This document shows positions 9,490 through 16,352 of a stretch of DNA of 32,000 nt, piece after piece; position 1 is the stretch's first letter; each line of letters opens with the position of its first letter. The stretch is from Sinorhizobium meliloti (GTDB lineage Bacteria; Pseudomonadota; Alphaproteobacteria; Rhizobiales; Rhizobiaceae), in assembly GCF_017876815.1 (NCBI RefSeq), contig NZ_JAGIOS010000002.1, positions 150,001-182,000 of the forward strand, in the 5' to 3' direction. Made by a program: the position numbers and the translations under genes. Under the pieces are notes generated by a model, which did no database searches, was not told the origin of the DNA, and saw nothing but the letters and a program-made list of their open reading frames with translations.

Positions 9490-9549
9490 GAGCGTATCCG
9501 GCACCATGCGCCGGATACGCTCGTGGTATGCCGCCGCCCCGAGGCGGCA
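9490..9549 (-). other. Two tandem intercistronic stem-loops between the binding-protein gene and the ATPase gene
   Basis: Perfect 13-bp stem GAGCGTATCCGGC (9490-9502) / GCCGGATACGCTC (9510-9522). Perfect 7-bp stem TGCCGCC (9529-9535) / GGCGGCA (9543-9549). No U-run follows on the transcribed strand. Confidence 0.6.
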
Positions 9550-9566
9550 GCCGTCCTGGGAGGGAC

Positions 9567-10457
9567 CTATTTCCCGGTATAGACGCCCGGTACGATCGGC
9601 TGCTCGGCCGGTACCGTCTCGCCGGCGACGACCTTTACGGCGGTGTCGATCGCCTGCTTGCCCATCTGGTCCGGGAATTGCTGGATCACGCCGACCATCA
9701 CCGGATTGCCATCGACGGCATCGCGTGCTTCCTTCATGCCGTCGAAACCGATGACCTTGACCTGCGATTCCAGTCCGGCGGCCTTGACGGCAACGGCCGC
9801 GGCAAGGGCCGCATCGTCGCCGAAACCGAAAATGCCGGTAATGTCGGGATTGGCCTGCAGCATGTTCTGTGCGGCAGCGAGGGCTTCGGCGCGGGTGATG
9901 CCCGTCTGCGTCGCGACGATCTCCATTTCCGGATGCTTGGCGATCGCTTCCTTGAAGCCGTTGACGCGATTGACCACCGACTGAACGGTCGGATAGTCGA
10001 TAATGGCGACCTTGCCCTTGTTTCCGAGAACCTCGGCCATGAGCTCGCCCGCCTTCACGCCGCCGGTGAAATTATCGGTGCCGATATGCGACGTCACCGT
10101 CGCGCCATTAGCGGGAACGTCGACGGTGATCACCTTGATGCCGGCTTTTTCCGCCTTTGCGATGGCGGCGCGTACGCCCTGGCTGTCGACAGGCGAAATG
10201 ACGATCACATCAACGCCCTTGACGATGAAGTCCTCGACGTCGGCGAGCTGCTTGTTGAGGTCCTGATTGGCGATCGCCACCTCGAGCGCGACGTTCTTCT
10301 CCTTGGCTTCGGCTTTCATCGCCTCGGCGAGCTCGATGTAGAACGGGTGCTGCTGGGTCAGGAGCGATGCGCCGATGCCGTCGGCGAAGGCGCCGGATGC
10401 CAGCAATGTGAGCGCGGTGCCGGCGACGAGAGTTTTGAGAATGCGGGGCATGTTCAT
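9567..10457 (-). CDS. Periplasmic monosaccharide-binding protein of the ABC transporter
   Basis: The chosen start 'MNMPRILKTLVAGTALTLLASGAFA' is a Sec signal peptide preceded by AAGGGAGGGA. The body resembles RbsB-like type I binding proteins. The longer ORF in the track (to 10805) has a non-protein-like N-terminus. Confidence 0.9.
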   Translation of the reverse strand: MNMPRILKTLVAGTALTLLASGAFADGIGASLLTQQHPFYIELAEAMKAEAKEKNVALEVAIANQDLNKQLADVEDFIVKGVDVIVISPVDSQGVRAAIAKAEKAGIKVITVDVPANGATVTSHIGTDNFTGGVKAGELMAEVLGNKGKVAIIDYPTVQSVVNRVNGFKEAIAKHPEMEIVATQTGITRAEALAAAQNMLQANPDITGIFGFGDDAALAAAVAVKAAGLESQVKVIGFDGMKEARDAVDGNPVMVGVIQQFPDQMGKQAIDTAVKVVAGETVPAEQPIVPGVYTGK

Positions 10458-10614
10458 GGTTCCCTCCCTTGGAAACGGCGGGCCTTCAACGTTTGCAACC
10501 AGGCAGGCAGGCCCTCCCGTCCCTGACCTTGGCAGGGAGTAAACATCACAAAACTTACCGCGCGTCAATTTTAAAAAGTACGCATACCAATAAAGATGAG
10601 CGCACGAGAAAATA

Positions 10615-10992
10615 TTAGCCGGAGCTTCGATCCCCCGGATATTGCGGCACGGGAAGGGGAGGCAACCAGCTCTCCCGCCGGACGACCCAGATCTCGTATT
10701 GCGGATTGAGAGCGGCCGGGGCGTCGTCCAGTGAACCGACGCGAATTTCGGTTTCCTCTTCTCCCGGGTTGAAGAGCCGCGATCCGCAGTCGGGGCAAAA
10801 GCCACGGCCGGCGAATATCTTGACTTCGCCAGAGCTCTTGAAAGCCCGGGTGGGCCAGACGGCGAAGGTCACGAAAGAGGAGCCGCTTTCCTTGCGGCAG
10901 TCCGCACAATGGCAAAGTCCCACCCGCAAAGGTTCTCCGCTCACCTCATATCTCAGCGCTCCGCAAAGGCACCCGCCTGTTCTCGTAATCAT
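10615..10992 (-). CDS. GFA-family (glutathione-dependent formaldehyde-activating enzyme-like) zinc-cysteine protein
   Basis: 'GGCLCGALRYEVSG...GLCHCADCRKESGS...FCPDCGS' is the characteristic Cys pattern of the GFA domain. Start taken at 'MITRTGG'. Confidence 0.8.
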   Translation of the reverse strand: MITRTGGCLCGALRYEVSGEPLRVGLCHCADCRKESGSSFVTFAVWPTRAFKSSGEVKIFAGRGFCPDCGSRLFNPGEEETEIRVGSLDDAPAALNPQYEIWVVRRESWLPPLPVPQYPGDRSSG

Positions 10993-11212
10993 CTGCTGGC
11001 ATCTCCAATCTGGCTGGACTTCGAGCGGGATCAAGGAAAGGCGCATGCGCGTTCCGCCGGCATCCCGCTCCAACTCTTTCAAATCTCCGATGTTTCATGA
11101 TTTGTTTTGGCCGGACAGGAAGCCATCCCAGCCGTCGGGGCATGCGGCCCTTGGGGAGCGGGCGGCGTGACCCTATCTAAGAGGCGGTGCAACCACCTGA
11201 AGGCGAAGGCTC

Positions 11213-11587
11213 ATGTCAGAAAAGCCGATCAGAATTCCAGGCCCCGACCATCCGATCACTGTCGAACGCAATCCCGGACGCGTCGTCGTCAAGCTCGATG
11301 GCCGCGTCGTAGCCGATACGCGCGACGCGCTCACATTGCGCGAGGCGTCCTATCCGCCCGTGCAGTACATCCCCCGCAACGACGTCGACATGTCGCTGCT
11401 TGCGCGCACCGATCATGGGACCTATTGCCCCTACAAAGGCGATGCGTCCTATTACAGCATCGCAGCCGGTGGCGAGCGCTCGAAGAATGCCGTCTGGACC
11501 TATGAGAATCCGCATGACGCGGTCCGTGAAATCAAGGACCACATGGCGTTCTATCCGGACCGGGTGGATTCGATCGAGGAAAGCTAA
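11213..11587 (+). CDS. DUF427-domain protein
   Basis: 124 aa with 'LREASYPPVQYIPRNDV...TYCPYKGDASYYSI...VWTYENP...FYPDRVD', the motif set I associate with DUF427. GAAGG lies upstream of the ATG. Confidence 0.8.
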   Translation: MSEKPIRIPGPDHPITVERNPGRVVVKLDGRVVADTRDALTLREASYPPVQYIPRNDVDMSLLARTDHGTYCPYKGDASYYSIAAGGERSKNAVWTYENPHDAVREIKDHMAFYPDRVDSIEES

Positions 11588-11669
11588 GCGGCAGGCCCGT
11601 AACTCGGCAAGCGCCGAATGACGGCTTCCGGCATCGCCGCAACCTGCAATCGTCAGGGATGCACGGCCT

Positions 11670-12263
11670 TCAGAGGCTTGGGACGACGAAGTCGAACCTT
11701 CCAGTGCTCCGGTCATCGTCGAGCGCCATGACCAGCCTCGGATCGAACAGCCTGTCGCCGTGGTTTCTAGGATGGTCGGGAAAGTAGAGCTGGGTAGTCA
11801 ACACCTCGCCGCCTCGTGGTTGCACGCGGATATGATAATGGGCCGTGCGGAACGAATAGTGCTGCGTCAGGATCGTGTCGAAACCCCACCGACCGGCATC
11901 ATCGGTAAGCTGATAGGCGCGCCAGCGATAGCCGTCGTTGTCATATTCGCCACGCTCGTCTGCATGCCAAATCTCGACCATCGCCTCCGGCACTGGCCGG
12001 CAGCCGGTATCGAACACAAAACCGCGCAGGGAAAACCGACGTCGCGATCCGGCATCGGCCGTGAGATCGTTTCTTTGCGGCGCGTTGGGACGGTAGAATG
12101 GACCTTGCGTCTGCTGCGGCGTGGACACTGATCCCGTTTCGCATGCAGGCGTGAGAGGGAGTGCCGAGAGCTGCGCCCAAACATGGGCGGACGATCCGGT
12201 GAAAATCATAGCTGGCGGTGCGGCCAGCAATGACTGTAGGACAGTTCTGCGCGTCTGTTTCAT
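11670..12263 (-). CDS. Tat-exported intradiol ring-cleavage dioxygenase-like protein
   Basis: N-terminal twin-arginine signal 'MKQTRRTVLQSLLAAPPAMIFTGSSAHVWA'. The core has 'TQGPFY', 'VEIWHADERGEY' and 'RTAHYHIRV...TQLYF', matching the Tyr/His iron-ligand regions of the protocatechuate/catechol intradiol dioxygenase fold. Confidence 0.75.
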   Translation of the reverse strand: MKQTRRTVLQSLLAAPPAMIFTGSSAHVWAQLSALPLTPACETGSVSTPQQTQGPFYRPNAPQRNDLTADAGSRRRFSLRGFVFDTGCRPVPEAMVEIWHADERGEYDNDGYRWRAYQLTDDAGRWGFDTILTQHYSFRTAHYHIRVQPRGGEVLTTQLYFPDHPRNHGDRLFDPRLVMALDDDRSTGRFDFVVPSL

Positions 12264-12290
12264 GGGTTTGGTCCCTTGAGCATCAATATA

Positions 12291-12648
12291 TTAAGGCGGC
12301 CGGAAAGCGAATACATTCACCAGCCCTGCAGCCAGGATCAGCGTCTTGAGCTGGAAGGCCGGGTACGCGATGTAAGCTCCACCCCGGACGGAAAACAGCA
12401 TCATGCCGGAGATCAGCGCGAGCGCCAGCCCGAAAGCGGCAACCGGCACGCATGTCGCCAACCATTCCCGCCAACGATCCGCCATCCACAAGCCCGCGGT
12501 TCTCAGGTCGGAGCTGACGATTGCACCGACGAGCAAAGCTGATCCCGACGACATGTGCAGCGTTGACCGAGGCATAGGCAACCCGGCTGGCGCGGAGATA
12601 GCCGATCTGCGACGAACCGGCGACAACATCGAGGATCTCAGTCAGCAT
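12291..12648 (-). pseudogene. Small 3-TM membrane protein gene interrupted by a frameshift near 12538-12552 (or a sequencing error)
   Basis: The frame starting at 12648 gives a protein-like 'MLTEILDVVAGSSQIGYLRASRVAYASVNAAHVVGIS' and then degenerates. The frame ending at 12291 is non-protein-like at first and then gives 'ALLVGAIVSSDLRTAGLWMADRWREWLATCVPVAAFGLALALISGMMLF...LKTLILAAGLVNVFAF'. The ATG at 12646-12648 overlaps the upstream stop (ATGCTGA). Confidence 0.5.
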
Positions 12649-13166
12649 TCTTCGACCATATAGCTCATTGCGACGGTACGGCTCTCCACCTCACCCCCCG
12701 GCAGCTGCAGCCACTGGACGTTGAGTTGGCGTGGCGGGTCGCAATTCCGTACAGCGACCGCAGCAATCCGGTCTCCTCTAGCGATGCGGTCGCCGAGCGA
12801 TGAATATTGGGCCGTCGGCGGCAGTTCGAGGACAACAGTCTGTCCAACGACGTCTTCAGGAACCGTCAGCGATTGCGCGTCGAGAAAGCTGGCTGCAGGA
12901 CCAAGGTCGGGCAGGGGCGCAGGCATGGACAAATCGCTGGAGATCTCGACGGTAAGTTCGGAGTGTGGATTGCCGAAATACGCTTCGACCACCAACCCCT
13001 CGACCCAGACGGGTGTGGCAAGATTGTACCGCCCGTCGAAGCCGTGATGGGCTCGCGCGATGCCGACCAGGATGAGGCCCAGAAGCAACCCTGTTCCCGC
13101 GGTCCTTCTCAACATCTTGCCCAGGGGCAAGGCACCGGCGGCTGGAAACCCTTTCAAGTTCATCAT
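12642..13166 (-). CDS. Exported small protein of unknown function (tentatively DUF6152-like)
   Basis: Signal peptide '...MLRRTAGTGLLLGLILVGIARA' followed by 'HHGFDGRYN'. The mature part is about 135 aa and beta-rich. AAGGA precedes the ATG at 13166. The family name is from memory and not verified. Confidence 0.6.
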   Translation of the reverse strand: MMNLKGFPAAGALPLGKMLRRTAGTGLLLGLILVGIARAHHGFDGRYNLATPVWVEGLVVEAYFGNPHSELTVEISSDLSMPAPLPDLGPAASFLDAQSLTVPEDVVGQTVVLELPPTAQYSSLGDRIARGDRIAAVAVRNCDPPRQLNVQWLQLPGGEVESRTVAMSYMVEEC

Positions 13167-13399
13167 CGTTTCCTTTGGCTAAGGTGCTTCGCCAGTTGAA
13201 GGGCTGCGCACCCTTTGTTCACGCAGAGCGAAAAGTTGGCATGTGTTGGCGGTGGCGTCGGGATGCGGGGCTCGCCGGCATCGAACCGATCTCGATGACC
13301 AACACCCTTGGCAGCGGCACCTCCGCGCCCAGATGTCGGGCTACGGAAGCCATGATATTGTTGACCACCTCGCAAAAGCAGATCGCTACCGCACGTCAT

Positions 13400-14290
13400 C
13401 TACGCAATGCCACCATTCGCGTATACGACTTGACCGTTCACCCAAGACGCACCGCCGCTGCACAAGAGAGAAATGACATTGGCGATGTCGTTCGGCTCGC
13501 CGAGCCGTCCATGGGGCGTGCGTTTTACAAAACCAGCGAGCTCCGCTTCAGTTTTGCCGTCGGTGAACAGTGTCGTGTTGACCACGCCCGGAGCAATCGC
13601 ATTGACGGAGATGTTCCGCCCCGCCAGCTCCTTCGCCAAAACGGTGGCATACAGTTCCTGAGCCATTTTCGAGGCCGCGTAAGGTCCGTAGGTTTCCGTG
13701 CGGAACCTGGTAATGGTGGAGGAAAGCGGGAATATCCGGCCACCGTCGCGAACGCGCCGCGCGGCTTCGCGCAACGTGTGGAAGCTCCCGAGGATGTTGA
13801 CGTCGAACATGTGGTTGACGTCTTCGTCGGACATGTCGGCGAAGGGTGCCAGATGCATGACCCCGGCGTTTGCCACCACGACGTCGATGCCGCCGAACGC
13901 CTCTTCGCCGGCATCGAACAGCGCTCGCACGGCTGCGGGATCCCGCACATCCGCCTGCCGCCAGATAGCCGGGCTTCCGCTGGCCTCGATGTCGCGCGCG
14001 ACCTGGGCTGCCAGATCCCTGTTCACCACGCAATTTACCACCACTCGATAGCCGTCGCGGCCTAGCTGTCGTGCCGTTGCCGCACCTATTCCTCTGGACG
14101 AGCCAGTTACCAGTGCAACTCTTGGACGGCCGGCAGTTCCCGGCACCGTTCCGTCCGGCGTTGCCGCGGACTGCGCTTGAGCCAAGCCTGCCATGGCGGC
14201 CGATGTGGCAAGAACGCCAGCTCCGGCCAGCAGCTTGCGCCGCGACACCGCATTGGTACCGGACACATTCTGGTTATCTGTCACTTTCAT
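13400..14290 (-). CDS. SDR-family oxidoreductase carrying an N-terminal twin-arginine (Tat) signal peptide
   Basis: 'SRRKLLAGAGVLATSAAMAGLAQA' (Tat motif, h-region, AxA site) precedes a classical SDR: 'ALVTGSSRGIG', 'NAG' and catalytic 'YGPYAASK'. The start may be the GTG two codons downstream, given the position of AAGGAG. Confidence 0.85.
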   Translation of the reverse strand: MKVTDNQNVSGTNAVSRRKLLAGAGVLATSAAMAGLAQAQSAATPDGTVPGTAGRPRVALVTGSSRGIGAATARQLGRDGYRVVVNCVVNRDLAAQVARDIEASGSPAIWRQADVRDPAAVRALFDAGEEAFGGIDVVVANAGVMHLAPFADMSDEDVNHMFDVNILGSFHTLREAARRVRDGGRIFPLSSTITRFRTETYGPYAASKMAQELYATVLAKELAGRNISVNAIAPGVVNTTLFTDGKTEAELAGFVKRTPHGRLGEPNDIANVISLLCSGGASWVNGQVVYANGGIA

Positions 14291-14308
14291 CTCCTTTTCG
14301 GCGATTGA

Positions 14309-14325
14309 GTCGACGCTGCGTCGAC
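14309..14325. promoter_or_regulatory. 17-bp perfect palindrome just upstream of the Tat-SDR gene
   Basis: GTCGACGC-T-GCGTCGAC (8+1+8), located 19 nt upstream of the ATG at 14290 on the transcribed strand. Confidence 0.4.
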
Positions 14326-14393
14326 CGAGTTTCCCATAACCGGTGAATTCAAAGGCGCACGCTTCATCGCGGCATCACACGAGAGCGTCTCAC

Positions 14394-15137
14394 TCAGCTT
14401 GAACCGAGCATCTCGACGGCCTTGTCGAAGTTCCCGTTTCGCTCCGCCCAGCGCAGGAAGCCGACCCGTTCCACCAGAATTTCTCGGGGCGTCGGCTGCT
14501 GGAGGAACAGCGTCATTGTCTCGTCGATAAAGGCGGCCAAGGGCATATAGCCTTCGCGCGTAGATTGGCCGGGTGTGAGTTCGGTTTGCACCGCAGGCGG
14601 TGCAAGCTCGATGACCTCGACCTTTCCCTTGAGCTGTTCGCGCAGCGAGACCGTGTATGAATGGATTGCCGCCTTTGTGGCGTTGTAGGTCGGCGTGCTG
14701 CTCATAGGCACGAAGGCAAGACCGGAGCTCACATTGACGATGGTCGCCTCCGACTGCCTGATGAGATGATCGATCAGCTCGTTCGTCAGCCGGATCGGTG
14801 CCAGAAGATTAGTGGTGATCGTCTGCTCTGCGTCACGCAGGTCACGCTTCCCGGACAGGTCCTCCCGACGCATGATGCCGGCATTATTGACCAGTACGTT
14901 CAGGGCCGGGTGCTCGGTCAGCACGCGCCCGGCGAATTCCCTGATGTGGTCACGATCGTCAACGTCGACCGCCACTGCGTACATGTCCTGGCGGCCGGCG
15001 ATCGTTTCCTCCAGCGTCTCCATGCGCCGGCCTGCTACAATCACGGTGTTTCCGAGCGCGTTGAAACGCTGGGCCAACTTCCGGCCAATCCCGGAGCCGC
15101 CGCCGGTAATGAGAATTGTGTTTCCCGTCGTTTTCAC
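14394..15137 (-). CDS. Cytoplasmic SDR-family oxidoreductase
   Basis: 'ILITGGGSGIGRKLA', 'NNAG' and 'YNATKAA' motifs; 247 aa; no signal peptide. Divergent from the AraC-family gene. Confidence 0.9.
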   Translation of the reverse strand: MKTTGNTILITGGGSGIGRKLAQRFNALGNTVIVAGRRMETLEETIAGRQDMYAVAVDVDDRDHIREFAGRVLTEHPALNVLVNNAGIMRREDLSGKRDLRDAEQTITTNLLAPIRLTNELIDHLIRQSEATIVNVSSGLAFVPMSSTPTYNATKAAIHSYTVSLREQLKGKVEVIELAPPAVQTELTPGQSTREGYMPLAAFIDETMTLFLQQPTPREILVERVGFLRWAERNGNFDKAVEMLGSS

Positions 15138-15371
15138 TTTGAACTTTCTCCACCTCTATCTGCGGACCGTTGCTCTCCCCATAGGTCTGCCATTTCGGTG
15201 GCGGACATCCGAAAGCAAGAGGATCTGCATCCACGTTGTCAGGAGTTTTTTACAGCGAACGCGAGCATGGAAGCTTGCCCTGGCCTGCGCATAACTTGCC
15301 TTATCCTGCAGGGGCGGTGAAACTCCCTCGCTGACGTGCTACGTTCAGGCCGAAAAGCAGGAACAAGCGAT

Positions 15372-16307
15372 ATGAATGCGCTCAAGCAAGCTGTCCGGAC
15401 CTATGCACGCTGCCACGCGAACCGCGACGGCTTGGCCGTCACTACCGTGCCAGGGTTGCGCACGATGTGCGTTGAAGATCCGGCCGGCGACCTACACTCC
15501 GTCTACCGGCCACTCGTCTGTTTCGTGCTGCAAGGCGCGAAGCGCATGATAGTGGGAAGCGAAGAACGTGTATTCTACGGAGGACAATCCGTCATCGTGG
15601 CGGCCGACATGCCTGTGGTCGGACGGATCGTCGAGGCGAGCTCGGGTGCGCCCTATCTTGCGATCGCAGTGGAACTGGAGATGGCGCTCCTGCGCGAAGT
15701 CGCGGCCCAGATCGGCGATACTTGCTCACTACGTTCATCGGGAATGCAAACGCTGTTCGCGGAAGATACCGAAGGAGCGATGCTCGATTGCGCGTCGCGC
15801 CTGATGCATCTTCTGGACCGACCGGACGCGGTGCCGATTCTGCGGCCCGGCATCATGCGGGAACTGCATTACTGGCTCCTATCGGGTCCGCATGGTCCTG
15901 CGCTGCGGACGCTTGCCGACCCCGACAGTTATGCCGGCCGCCTGGCTGCCGCCATAGCGATTCTCAGGACCGAGTATCGCTCGCGCGTGCCTGTCGAACG
16001 CCTCGCAGCGGCAGCGGCGATGAGCCTCACCGCATTTCACAAGCACTTCAAGATGATGACCTCGTTGACGCCGGGACAGTATCAGAAGCGACTGCGTCTC
16101 ATCGAAGCACGACGTCTCATGCTCGACCAAGGCTTCTCGGCAAGCAACGCGGCATTCGAAGTGGGCTATGAAAGCGTTTCCCAGTTCACGCGCGAGTATG
16201 GTCGGCTCTTCAACATGCCGCCAAAGCAGGACGCTCTCCGCGCTCGAGCCATTTCATCAATCTTCAAGCACTCTCAAGCGGATGCATTGGGCGCAGAGCT
16301 TCATTAG
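15372..16307 (+). CDS. AraC-family transcriptional regulator (AraC-N type sensor domain plus C-terminal HTH)
   Basis: C-terminal 'AAAMSLTAFHKHFKMMTSLTPGQYQKRLRLIEARRLM...VGYESVSQFTREYGRLF' is a typical AraC dual HTH. AGGAA precedes the ATG at 15372. Confidence 0.85.
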   Translation: MNALKQAVRTYARCHANRDGLAVTTVPGLRTMCVEDPAGDLHSVYRPLVCFVLQGAKRMIVGSEERVFYGGQSVIVAADMPVVGRIVEASSGAPYLAIAVELEMALLREVAAQIGDTCSLRSSGMQTLFAEDTEGAMLDCASRLMHLLDRPDAVPILRPGIMRELHYWLLSGPHGPALRTLADPDSYAGRLAAAIAILRTEYRSRVPVERLAAAAAMSLTAFHKHFKMMTSLTPGQYQKRLRLIEARRLMLDQGFSASNAAFEVGYESVSQFTREYGRLFNMPPKQDALRARAISSIFKHSQADALGAELH

Positions 16308-16352
16308 CGTCGTGGCCAATGTCCTCCACGAACACCCTCTGCAAGGCTCATT

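Noticed and set aside
9567-10805. Extended N-termini offered by the ORF track for several genes: SBP to 10805, GFA to 11082, xsc from 22374, tauB from 18874, tauC from 19793, pta from 25412, DeoR from 26574, tauZ from 24495.
   Set aside because: The extensions are non-protein-like, overlap neighbouring genes, or lack a Shine-Dalgarno sequence. Internal ATGs give canonical N-termini (signal peptide, HTH and so on) with good ribosome-binding sites or stop/start coupling.
11588-11669. Convergent spacer between the DUF427 gene and the dioxygenase-like gene, inspected for a bidirectional terminator.
   Set aside because: Only 4-bp complementary segments are present, so no credible hairpin.
13163-13399. 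78-aa ORF in the 233-bp spacer between the Tat-SDR gene and the secreted-protein gene, plus a short AAGGG-N7-CCCTT inverted repeat at about 13197-13214.
   Set aside because: The ORF translation is not protein-like and has no RBS. The 5-bp stem is too weak to call. The spacer is more likely a promoter/leader for the downstream genes.
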